Shown here piece by piece: positions 47,694-56,179 of a stretch of 64,000 nt of DNA. Source of the stretch: a virus (lineage: Duplodnaviria > Caudoviricetes); the IMG/VR virus record IMGVR_UViG_3300037312_000268, positions 1 to 64,000 of that record; one strand, written 5' to 3'. Made by a program: the position numbers and the translations under genes. Each line of letters begins with the position of its first letter. The first letter of the stretch is position 1. The notes below the pieces were generated by a model, which searched no databases, was not told where the DNA came from, and saw only the letters and a list, made by a program, of their open reading frames with translations.

Positions 47694-48065
47694 TTACAGA
47701 CCCGGCTCTTTGACAGCCTTCTTACGACGAGCCAGCTTCGACACACCAACCAGACTCACCAAACCGAAGCCCAGACCAGCCATTGCGAACGAATCACTAT
47801 CGTCTTCCTTCTTAACGTATTGCGGAGCAGAGACAGGCACACCGCAGCAATTCATAGTGCCAACACTAGCGGCAACTTGAGGGGCACTAACAGGGATGCC
47901 ACAGCAATCGCTCAGCGTAGGAGCAGGACGACGGCCATCTTTTGCGTCAGATGCCAGTACAGGCGCCGAAACATCATCTGCCACAGCCGAAGCAGAGACA
48001 GCGATTTGTGCGAAAGCCGACGTTGCAGCGATCGACAGGATGATAGCGGAGATAGTTTTCTTCAT
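47694..48065 (-). CDS. Secreted protein with signal peptide, CCG.PVSAPQ repeats and PEP-CTERM-like C-terminal anchor
   Basis: MKKTISAIILSIAATSAFA; CCGIPVSAPQ / CCGVPVSAPQ; FAMAGLGFGLVSLVGVSKLARRKK. Confidence 0.7.
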   Translation of the reverse strand: MKKTISAIILSIAATSAFAQIAVSASAVADDVSAPVLASDAKDGRRPAPTLSDCCGIPVSAPQVAASVGTMNCCGVPVSAPQYVKKEDDSDSFAMAGLGFGLVSLVGVSKLARRKKAVKEPGL

Positions 48066-48121
48066 GTTGTTTCCTTTATTTGTGTTGTGAATTTTGTACC
48101 CCGTTGTAGAGCACAGAACAG

Positions 48122-48150
48122 AGTATGCCTGAGATTGGAAGGCTTGTCAA
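48122..48150 (-). promoter_or_regulatory. sigma70-type promoter
   Basis: TTGACA-17 nt-CATACT. Confidence 0.65.
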
Positions 48151-48158
48151 CAACTATT

Positions 48159-48539
48159 TTACCAAGTAGAAGTTCGAGTGACGATGCCATCAAAATCATA
48201 GAAGCCAGCGGGCTCTGGATAAGGCTCAGTTTTGTACCTGATGCGGGAAGCAATCAACTGCTCGTCGTCTCGACTAACAAACCCAGAACAGAACACGTGT
48301 GTGAACACATACCCTGCCACATTAGGCCAAACGTCTTGTCCAGCGTCGAAGAAGTGGACTTTGCCGCCACACTCACTGATGTACTGGCGAGTGTGCAACT
48401 TTAACAAACCAGAACCAATCCAGTCTTTGCAATCGTTAAGATTCTGGTGGATACGAATGTCAAACACGGCTACAACAGCATTAGGGTCATTGTCTGCAAT
48501 GCTTACAGCTTTTTGCAACACTTGTTCAAATGTTTTCAT
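48159..48539 (-). CDS. Hypothetical protein
   Basis: 126 aa, ATGA overlap with thyX. Confidence 0.6.
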   Translation of the reverse strand: MKTFEQVLQKAVSIADNDPNAVVAVFDIRIHQNLNDCKDWIGSGLLKLHTRQYISECGGKVHFFDAGQDVWPNVAGYVFTHVFCSGFVSRDDEQLIASRIRYKTEPYPEPAGFYDFDGIVTRTSTW

Positions 48540-49285
48540 TTTGATTCCAGTTCAAAAGCTTTAACACTCTCTGGGAACTTCTCTTCAAGAATAGCACGCA
48601 GCTTACAACCAAATTCCTGCGCAGCACCTTGCGCATGACTATCAACACGCTGCTTTACAACGCGCAGGAATGCCATCAGACTTCCACTCCAAATCCAGTG
48701 CGTCATTGAGTTTAGAGGAAGAACAATACGTGCCTCTTCGCCTGCCACACCCGCTTCAAGAAGGTTGTAATAGGTTTCGACAGAAGACTCACTTGACTTT
48801 TGAATAGCCTCTAGTGCAGTACAGTGGTTGTCGTCCATGCAGCGAATGTGGTGATAAGTGTGAACTTCTTTACTAGCACCTTGCTTAGCATTCTCAGGTT
48901 TCTTGTGCACTACTTGTGGAAGCCACAGGGCCACATCTTCTGTGATATACCTGCGGCTCTCCTCGTTAATCACAAGGCCAACAGTATGCTTGTGGAGTTG
49001 GCGTGCAAGGAAAATTGGCACAGCAACACGCACTGTTAGGAAGCAGTGTCCGAACGGGGTCCAGTGGGTACTAGCCTTAGCACGCTTCTCCCAATCATCA
49101 CGTTCACTGCTTGGCAAACCTGTTGCAAGGTATGAAAGCAATCCTTTCTGCTTGTCATTAATCTCTACAGACTCGTCATCCCACTTATTGAAACTCACCT
49201 TCGCAACATTGGACACGCGAAGATCACTGCCCATGTAATCAATCAGTTCTACGCCAATTTCCTCGTATTTAATTTCTCGGCTCAA
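48536..49285 (-). CDS. thyX: Flavin-dependent thymidylate synthase
   Basis: MGSDL.V.N.AKVSF, HWTPF.H, RQLHKH.VG..INEESRRY, EEAR.VLP, HAQ. Confidence 0.92.
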   Translation of the reverse strand: MSREIKYEEIGVELIDYMGSDLRVSNVAKVSFNKWDDESVEINDKQKGLLSYLATGLPSSERDDWEKRAKASTHWTPFGHCFLTVRVAVPIFLARQLHKHTVGLVINEESRRYITEDVALWLPQVVHKKPENAKQGASKEVHTYHHIRCMDDNHCTALEAIQKSSESSVETYYNLLEAGVAGEEARIVLPLNSMTHWIWSGSLMAFLRVVKQRVDSHAQGAAQEFGCKLRAILEEKFPESVKAFELESK

Positions 49286-50385
49286 TCTACAATCTCCGTT
49301 TCAACATCGCTCCACTTGTCATCCCAAACAACATACACAGTTTTGCCTTCTTTCTCATGAAACGGTGCAGTTCGTACGCTGGCAGTTTTACCAAGACCTT
49401 CTACGAAATCTGTATCATATTCTGCAATCTGCTGTGCAGCAAATTTGAACAACTCTGCGTATTTCTCTTCCAACGTATCACCTTCCAGTACAAACATATA
49501 TGATTCAAACTCTTTGATATACTCTGGTGTAAGAATACTATCCTTCAGTTCGATTTCGTACTCTTTTGTGATTTGTACTCGGGCAGTTTTCTTCATTTCT
49601 CACCAATCATATGTAAAAGAGTAAAGATTCTTAGAAAGCACATCTTCTTTGAACGCTACAATGTCAATACCGGCAGGATCAACATCGCAGTCTTCAATTT
49701 CGCCAAGAATATCAAGAATAAATTCCATATCAACAGTTTGATGTCGTTCGGCATAAACAGGGCCGTCGTATCCAATAAACTCTTCCGGAAGACCTTCGAA
49801 CCGTTCGAACCACGGACTTGTTCCACGCAAATTGGCAGGTACTTTCATAAACACTTCCCACCGAACCTCTAGAGGAATGTTTTTGTCCTTGATATAAGCT
49901 ACAAACTCTTCCTTGATGTCTGCGATTTGTTTGTTGAGGGCTTCTACACGTTCTTTGAAGGTTGTCATTTCTTCTCCACATCCACAACATCGCTAAACTG
50001 CTTAAGAATTCCGACAATAAACTCAGCCTTTTGTACAGCATCTTCGTCGTTCTCTGCCATCACACCTACTTTGAATTCCATATCAAACCTGTGCAGCTTA
50101 GGATTGTTATCTTTTTTGTCTTTCATTCGTTCTTCAAAATTCTTCATCAGATTATCGTTCATGTCAGCCCTTATCAATGTTTTCGTAAATAGAATCATCT
50201 TCTTCAGAAGATTCTTCCTCCATATATTCTTCGTCAGTGCACTCTACATCAATAAGTCCTGCATCGCTTACGTAAACCTCGTCATTGAGCATCAACGCAG
50301 TTTCGATACGGGTAGCTTTTCGATGAGCATCTTCCCAGTTGTCGGCTTCAAACACAGCCCAAAGTGATACGCTAAATGTTGGCAT
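49282..50385 (-). CDS. Four hypothetical ORFs (49282..49596, 49600..49968, 49965..50162, 50164..50385)
   Basis: Packed ORFs with RBS or overlaps, acidic composition. Confidence 0.55.
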
Positions 50386-50390
50386 TATTC

Positions 50391-51293
50391 TTACTCTTTC
50401 TTATGCGGCTTGACGATTCCATTCTCAAGCCCTTGTTCAAATTTCTTAACAAACTCGTCGCTGTACATCGCTTGGATGTCGTAGTAGTTTTCCCATACAA
50501 ACTCACGGAACCACCCAGAAGAAATCGAAGAAGCCAACTTTGCGTGTGCCAGATCGAAAGCTTTCTTAACGTCAGGCCACTTGTCACGATGAGGCACCAA
50601 CGCACGCTCAATGCATAATACACAGATTTCCTCGTACGCAGCGTTCAGCTTAATCTGCATCGGAAGATTGTCCCACATTGCCTTACTCACCATCACTTCG
50701 CTGTCTTCAGGTTTGAACTCAAGATATGCAGGGCGTTCACCAATCGCAACAGCTACATGAATAGTATCATGATCGTACGTGTAGATGTCGTCACGGAAGA
50801 AGCCTTCTTTGCTCTGGTTCAGTTTCGGTAGAGTGTTTGTGTACGTCTCCTTCTCCCGTTGCTTGAAGAACTCTTCGTGCTCAGGGCGAATCTTAGCGCC
50901 AAGATTTCTCATATAATGAATATCGCCCATAGTCTTGAGAAAATGCGGCGAATCTTTTTTGTAACGATGGCTCATCTTCAACAAATACAACACATCCAAG
51001 CTTGGCACAAGCGTACCACTCGCCATAACAATGTTGTCATCCTGCGCTTCCACAAATTTGACCAGCCGCTCAGCCATGCTATCAGGCCATGCAACCTCTG
51101 CTTCCACGATGGCACCGCCCACACGACGCATGTAGATGGATTTTCCGCTGTTAATAGGGTAACACACCTTCGCGTTGATGTTTTTACGGTGCGCCATAAT
51201 CTCGTCGTAGGTTCCTACCAAATCAACATCAACAGTAGGGCGCACAAGGTGTGTTACGTGCGTCTGAAGGGCCAAGCTGCCAATCAAAATCAT
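50391..51293 (-). CDS. Nucleotidyltransferase-fold protein
   Basis: N-terminal LIGS.A......R...DVD.V pol-beta-type motif; LKMSHRY...HF.KT..D; YDHD.IH. Confidence 0.7.
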   Translation of the reverse strand: MILIGSLALQTHVTHLVRPTVDVDLVGTYDEIMAHRKNINAKVCYPINSGKSIYMRRVGGAIVEAEVAWPDSMAERLVKFVEAQDDNIVMASGTLVPSLDVLYLLKMSHRYKKDSPHFLKTMGDIHYMRNLGAKIRPEHEEFFKQREKETYTNTLPKLNQSKEGFFRDDIYTYDHDTIHVAVAIGERPAYLEFKPEDSEVMVSKAMWDNLPMQIKLNAAYEEICVLCIERALVPHRDKWPDVKKAFDLAHAKLASSISSGWFREFVWENYYDIQAMYSDEFVKKFEQGLENGIVKPHKKE

Positions 51294-51310
51294 GTCAAGA
51301 TCCCTTTATC

Positions 51311-51748
51311 TCAGCAATACGACGCATTCCAGTCACTCACTTCCGACTCCATACTTTCCAGAAGAAAGTACAGCTTGTTCGTCCTGTCAGTGTCAAACCC
51401 AGCATCTTCAAGCTGATTGGAGTATGGTGTGCTGTCTGGGTAGTACTCCGCTTGCCGATCATAGTAAGGAATCTCAAACGGAACTCCAGACACATCACTC
51501 ACAAAAGACGTAGCGGAAAGAATGTCATGGGCATTTTGTGCCAGATTATCAATCTTGTCCACATCTTCTTCCGAATCAAGCTCAAGCATCTCGTCCAAAA
51601 CCTTACGTGCAGCAGAGATGTTCTCAGCAATAAACTTTGAAGCCCCTTGACGAATTTTTCCACATGCATCTGACATTTCTTTTTGCAGTGCATCGTGCTT
51701 GGCCTTCAGCTCGTTCAGATTGACACCATCAATAATGATTTCTTGCAT
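51311..51748 (-). CDS. Hypothetical protein ending SDWNASYC
   Basis: Start moved to ATG 51748 (AGGGG RBS); 145 aa. Confidence 0.65.
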   Translation of the reverse strand: MQEIIIDGVNLNELKAKHDALQKEMSDACGKIRQGASKFIAENISAARKVLDEMLELDSEEDVDKIDNLAQNAHDILSATSFVSDVSGVPFEIPYYDRQAEYYPDSTPYSNQLEDAGFDTDRTNKLYFLLESMESEVSDWNASYC

Positions 51749-51759
51749 TCTTATTCCCC

Positions 51760-52014
51760 TTAGCAGTTGTAGTACGAGCTTTGCCAATCCGAATTCAGCA
51801 TACCAATCTCATCAATCAGACCGGTGAATTCATACTCAAGCCTGACAGTGGCACCAGAGCGCTCACTAACATCTTTAATATCTCGCAGAAGTTGCTTAAT
51901 CGCTTCCACTTTCTCTGCAATGATTTTGTTGCCGTCATGGACAGAAATCACTTCCTCACCAGCCTTAGCCAGCAGTTCATCCAGACGTTTATTGCTAATC
52001 GTCACCATACTCAT
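51760..52014 (-). CDS. Hypothetical protein ending SDWQSSYYNC
   Basis: AAGGAG RBS; 84 aa. Confidence 0.65.
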   Translation of the reverse strand: MSMVTISNKRLDELLAKAGEEVISVHDGNKIIAEKVEAIKQLLRDIKDVSERSGATVRLEYEFTGLIDEIGMLNSDWQSSYYNC

Positions 52015-52041
52015 GTTTTCTCCTTTGTGTTAATAAAATGT

Positions 52042-52260
52042 TTAGCAGTTTTGCGACGAAGGGTTCCAGCCGTCGGATTCGTCACCCCATTCGTTAGTCC
52101 CACCAACTTGCTCACCATCGAAATAGCCACCCATACCGTACGCCGGAGAGAAACTAAAACCAAGTTTGTGTTCCTCTGCAAAAGCCTCTGCTGCACGAAG
52201 TGCATCGTAAACTTCTTGAACCAGTGCAGCCAGTTGTGCGTTCAGTTCTTTAGTGCTCAT
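52042..52260 (-). CDS. Hypothetical protein with AYGMGG motif ending SDGWNPSSQNC
   Basis: AAGGAG RBS; 72 aa. Confidence 0.7.
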   Translation of the reverse strand: MSTKELNAQLAALVQEVYDALRAAEAFAEEHKLGFSFSPAYGMGGYFDGEQVGGTNEWGDESDGWNPSSQNC

Positions 52261-52280
52261 AATATTTCTCCTTAGTTAAT

Positions 52281-52595
52281 TTACCAGATTTTGACTGCGT
52301 GAATTACACGTGGCTCAACGGATTTGAAAATTGCTTTCCATCGCTCATGAGCATCCACAACATGATTGATTAGCGTGTCAGGGCTTTCGCCACCGATTTC
52401 AAAGCCAACGAACCAATCTTCTCCACTATGGCAATCAAGACACATCGCACACATCCCTAGATGCGTACCACCATCACACATATCTGTAATCTGGTCTTCC
52501 GTCAAGTACGTGTTCTCTGCCAGAAAGTCTACAACTCGCCACTCTTTGCCGAACCGCTTACCGATTCCGAGGAAAGCTTCGTATTCGGTGCTCAT
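52281..52595 (-). CDS. Hypothetical protein
   Basis: AAGGAG RBS; 104 aa. Confidence 0.6.
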   Translation of the reverse strand: MSTEYEAFLGIGKRFGKEWRVVDFLAENTYLTEDQITDMCDGGTHLGMCAMCLDCHSGEDWFVGFEIGGESPDTLINHVVDAHERWKAIFKSVEPRVIHAVKIW

Positions 52596-52776
52596 TCTCT
52601 TCTCCTTTAGTTATCTCTACAAAATCTATGCGAATCAACAACCCTGTCACATTTCAACCTACTAGCCCATGCAGGTGCAATGTCCTTGCGGAAGTAATAC
52701 GTGTACCTGTCATCCAGTACGTGTAGCATACCTGACTTTTCCCATTGTAGCAAGAACTTTTTATTCCGTAATATTG

Positions 52777-53589
52777 TTATGAGCACAGGCTGTAGGCAAT
52801 TTTCTCTTCTACAAAAGAAATAAGATCATCATAATTATGGTAGCTAGTAGATTCTTCTATAAAACCTTTAACATTAATACCTGACTTGTAGAAATTTTTT
52901 CGTATTTCACGCTCCATTGACAGTGCCATACTGCCCGTATTAAAATGAAAGAACTCCATTTCAGTCATTACGAAACCTTTTTTCCTGAGAGAACACTTAT
53001 GTTGACGGATTCGATGGTCTACGCAACCGCTTATTCCATACCCTGTAAAAGACTCGCCTGTAACGTTGTTTACAGCACGAATTACGTAAAGTGCGCCGGG
53101 ATTGTTTGCCTTGAAACCTGTGGTGGAGCAACATGGACATCCCGCACCGTTCATAAAATTACCTATGGAGATTGTCCACTCGTAGTTTTTTACACATTTC
53201 AGCACCATCTTGGAAAGTGCGCCATGATAACCGTCTCTCCACCTTACGAACTCTACTCCATCACCACGCTCTTTTAGAATTTTATTTATTACGAATTCTC
53301 TTTGATCTTTAGTCCATCTGAAAGCCTTAGAACAGCGACAAGAAAGTTGGCCTTTTCTAAGCGTAGCCTCTGCGCTCTCAAAAATACCATCACAAAGACC
53401 CGCATCTACAAATTCATCATTAGAGCATTTGGGGCATTTGTATTTCCAATAATACAACCTTTTAGAGTTTTTCTCTGTGTCACTCGGCCAAAATTCAAAG
53501 CCTCCACCTATACTGCCAGCACGTGTAAACTCCGCTATTTTCCACTTCACCCATTCATCAAAAGAATGCTTAATTGAAGGCCATTTCAT
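52777..53589 (-). CDS. Zinc-ribbon + GIY-YIG-like putative homing endonuclease (shorter paralog of 44260..45462)
   Basis: WKYKCPKCS.D.FV..GLC.G.F, SCRCSKAFRWT..QREF, GCPCC..GF, ALYVI...YGIS. Confidence 0.75.
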   Translation of the reverse strand: MKWPSIKHSFDEWVKWKIAEFTRAGSIGGGFEFWPSDTEKNSKRLYYWKYKCPKCSNDEFVDAGLCDGIFESAEATLRKGQLSCRCSKAFRWTKDQREFVINKILKERGDGVEFVRWRDGYHGALSKMVLKCVKNYEWTISIGNFMNGAGCPCCSTTGFKANNPGALYVIRAVNNVTGESFTGYGISGCVDHRIRQHKCSLRKKGFVMTEMEFFHFNTGSMALSMEREIRKNFYKSGINVKGFIEESTSYHNYDDLISFVEEKIAYSLCS

Positions 53590-53774
53590 TGCATGGCTTC
53601 CAATTGTCGGAGCAATTTACGTTTCTTGACAATACGTCTTGCCTCCTTGATCTTCTCAACCATCTCTACAACACCCCTGTCACGGTAGTAGATAAGTTGC
53701 TGGGTGATCCTAGCAGCAGGGCTGACCTCCACAAAGTCTGCCAGTTCTTCAACAGTACAAGTCTGATAATTCAT
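53586..53774 (-). CDS. 62-aa helical protein coupled to endonuclease gene (paralog of 45459..45650)
   Basis: GGAG RBS; ATGA overlap with endonuclease start. Confidence 0.7.
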   Translation of the reverse strand: MNYQTCTVEELADFVEVSPAARITQQLIYYRDRGVVEMVEKIKEARRIVKKRKLLRQLEAMQ

Positions 53775-53800
53775 AATATCTCCAATCGTCCAAAGATGTT

Positions 53801-53829
53801 ATCTTACCACGACATTGAGTTGCTGTCAA
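53801..53829 (-). promoter_or_regulatory. sigma70-type promoter
   Basis: TTGACA-17 nt-TAAGAT. Confidence 0.75.
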
Positions 53830-53833
53830 GTAT

Positions 53834-54247
53834 TTATGACTTGCTACAAAAGTAGACTAGTTTTCCTATCTTAGAGACCTTAGTCATCTTATCAGCCCAT
53901 TTGGGTGGCTCAATATCTGTACTGTAGAAGTGGTCAGCGCAAGGTGGTAGTACAGGGCGCATCCTACGCGATTCCTCATATCGTACCAACCAGTCTGGAG
54001 TAGTTTTCATCTTAATATTCTTACGCCACCATGAAAATTGCCCTCGCCGAGACACAATCGCCCTACAACTCTTGTGCTGCTTTTGCATCCTGTGCTGCAC
54101 CACTTCTATAACTCCTTTCACAGCGCGCAAGCTTTGGTTCTCAGCTTCACGCTTAGCTGTGTATGCTAGGCAGGTGTTGTCTGCCACCTTCGCTTGAGCG
54201 CTGCTGGAGAGCGCCATCAGGAGCAAGATGGCTGAAGCTGTGCTCAA
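53834..54247 (-). CDS. Cell wall hydrolase (SleB / Hydrolase_2 family)
   Basis: Signal-like N-terminus; CLAYT..REA..., V...V..R, IV...GQFSW, FY.....P.WA. Confidence 0.8.
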   Translation of the reverse strand: MSTASAILLLMALSSSAQAKVADNTCLAYTAKREAENQSLRAVKGVIEVVQHRMQKQHKSCRAIVSRRGQFSWWRKNIKMKTTPDWLVRYEESRRMRPVLPPCADHFYSTDIEPPKWADKMTKVSKIGKLVYFCSKS

Positions 54248-54492
54248 CTAACATCCTTCTCAATCGTCATCATCAGCCCCTCAAAATGTGGATGCATACC
54301 CAATCCAGTGTACGGTCCGAATATCTCCATCAAATTCCAAAGCTGGATTCGCAACGTTTCTCCTGCCACCTTCGTATCGATTTCATACCTGTCAGGAAGA
54401 TTTAGATTTTTGTAACGGGCATTATAAATTTGTGCTCCGCCTTGCGTCAGCTTCACTTCTACAGTCTCGTTAAGATTGATTTCAAATTTCAT
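54244..54492 (-). CDS. Hypothetical protein
   Basis: INLN..V.VKLT..G and QLW.LM.IFG motifs. Confidence 0.6.
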   Translation of the reverse strand: MKFEINLNETVEVKLTQGGAQIYNARYKNLNLPDRYEIDTKVAGETLRIQLWNLMEIFGPYTGLGMHPHFEGLMMTIEKDVS

Positions 54493-54680
54493 CGCCCTTG
54501 ATCCTCCATAGGAAAGCCCAATTCGTCCTTCGCCTTTTGTGTTGGCGTTCTTGTGTCTTCTACACTCATATACCCTCCTAATCAGTTAAGTGCAGCCACT
54601 GTACCAGCATTGTTCGAACACGTCAACAACAATTTTAGCGAAGCTATCCATTCTTACGCAATGCTATCTCAACATAGTGC

Positions 54681-54710
54681 TTGACAGCATCCTCCCGTGT
54701 GATGTACTCT
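54681..54710 (+). promoter_or_regulatory. sigma70-type promoter at the strand switch
   Basis: GTGC-TTGACA-18 nt-TACTCT. Confidence 0.55.
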
Positions 54711-54740
54711 ACAGGCTCTTAACAAACGTAAGGAGGAAGT

Positions 54741-55379
54741 ATGAAGGATTGTTCCACTAGTGTGAAACGTGTTAAAGTGGTAAAAGCTGAAAAGAACTCC
54801 TATTGGTATGCATCGGAAATCGGAAAGTGCTTCGATGTTGTGGAGATCAACAAATATGGTAGTCAGTACAAGGTTGTTGATAAGGATAAGTATTTTGCGG
54901 AGGGAGATGCGGTAGTTGTTTCTGAGCCACCTAACTTCCCATTCAAGGTGAGGTGTATTAATAATAGCGGCGCAGAAGAAGAACTTTGTGTCGGACATGT
55001 GTATGAAGTTTTAAGCAATTACTCTATGAACAATTACGTCCTTAAAGGTGTAAGATCATGCTATCACCAAGATCGTTTTGAGATTGTCGAGGAAAACGTT
55101 GTGCAAGAGTCAAAGGGTGCACCTGTACAGAACAAATACATGAGGGAGGTTAAAAAGGGAGTCTGGATAGATGTATATGACGTACTCCGTGCATGGGAGG
55201 TGACTGACCCTTGCCTTCAGCACTTGCTCAAGAAAGCTCTCCAACCCGGCAAGCGTCATCACAAAGACCTTGGCGAAGATTTGAAAGACATTCTTGCAAG
55301 TGCGAAGCGGGCTGTAGAAATGTTTGAAGAGTGGAATCAGGAACCATTTCCGAAGAATGCTTTCGACAAGATTGAGTGA
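54741..55379 (+). CDS. Hypothetical protein with DUF3310-like C-terminal domain
   Basis: AAGGAGG RBS; NKY.R...G..IDVYDVL.A..V..P.LQH..KK.L..G.R..KD...DL. Confidence 0.65.
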   Translation: MKDCSTSVKRVKVVKAEKNSYWYASEIGKCFDVVEINKYGSQYKVVDKDKYFAEGDAVVVSEPPNFPFKVRCINNSGAEEELCVGHVYEVLSNYSMNNYVLKGVRSCYHQDRFEIVEENVVQESKGAPVQNKYMREVKKGVWIDVYDVLRAWEVTDPCLQHLLKKALQPGKRHHKDLGEDLKDILASAKRAVEMFEEWNQEPFPKNAFDKIE

Positions 55380-55419
55380 CCATCCATTTCATTTCCAAAC
55401 TGTAGAAACGAATAGAACC

Positions 55420-55800
55420 AAAAATTAGTGCCTGAATGGCGATCATCGAGGCACTGGGATCAACGAGGGTATGTCTAGGATTTCCAGATTTTTGTGAAGT
55501 CCTAGCCCTCTTATCAATTCACGCTCCTCAAAAACACGTTCTAGAAAACGTGCCCAGCATCGACGATGCTCTCCCTCCAGGCAAAGCTTCGCCATTCAGC
55601 CCTGTTAAGGCCGTCATTACGATTCTTTTGACGTAGCAATCCCCTTACCCGTTGTTACACAGGTTGTTTCGATGCCGTCAGGTAAAACGCTCCCTACCCT
55701 CAGCTATGAGGGATTCTCTCTACCTGTCATCCTACGCCTGTCTTTTAACGCACTCCCTATCAATTCTGATAGGTTCTCCTCTGCACCTTAGCGTTAGTCA
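55420..55800 (-). ncRNA. Candidate structured non-coding RNA (at least nine predicted helices)
   Basis: Dense nested inverted repeats in an intergenic gap; final stem AGTGCCT/AGGCACT followed by a T tract on the - strand. Confidence 0.5.
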
Positions 55801-56009
55801 ACGTACATAAGATAACCGGCGCAAGAATTACAATCACGTTACGCCCTTTATTGCAGAATGTACACAAAATGTTGTGATTATTTGGTGAGAATTGTAGGCG
55901 GACGCTGACAAGTGCACTTACAACAACTGTTTATGCATACAGCAAGCTTGTGAAAAATCACGCTTACCACGTTACGGAACAGAAATCTAGGGGTATATGA
56001 AAATTTATG

Positions 56010-56038
56010 TTGACTCTGTGTTTTATATGCCTTATGCT
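56010..56038 (+). promoter_or_regulatory. sigma70-type promoter
   Basis: TTGACT-17 nt-TATGCT. Confidence 0.65.
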
Positions 56039-56119
56039 TCACTCATCGACGGGCAAGACAGAGAAGGAAAGCAAGGCTGTCGAGGCAGTTAAAGCTGCGA
56101 AACCTGTAAGCAGAACACA

Positions 56120-56148
56120 ATACGTAAGTAACGTGATACGTAAGTAAC
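56120..56148 (+). repeat. Direct repeat ATACGTAAGTAAC x2
   Basis: Exact 13-mers at 56120-56132 and 56136-56148. Confidence 0.85.
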
Positions 56149-56179
56149 ACTACTTAACTACATATATAGGAGTATCACC

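Noticed and set aside
52607-52786. 59-codon GTG ORF after the second endonuclease as the displaced half of a split gene
   Set aside because: It may be a real small gene, but it has a weak RBS and no counterpart after the first cassette, so there is no support for a split-gene model.
55436-55636. 66-aa ORF in the structured intergenic region
   Set aside because: No RBS and atypical composition; the region is better explained by base-paired structure.
55420-55800. tmRNA, RNase P RNA, SRP RNA or tRNA cluster
   Set aside because: No tRNA-like acceptor/T-arm ends, no GAGGAAAGUCC-type RNase P core, no cloverleafs recognised.
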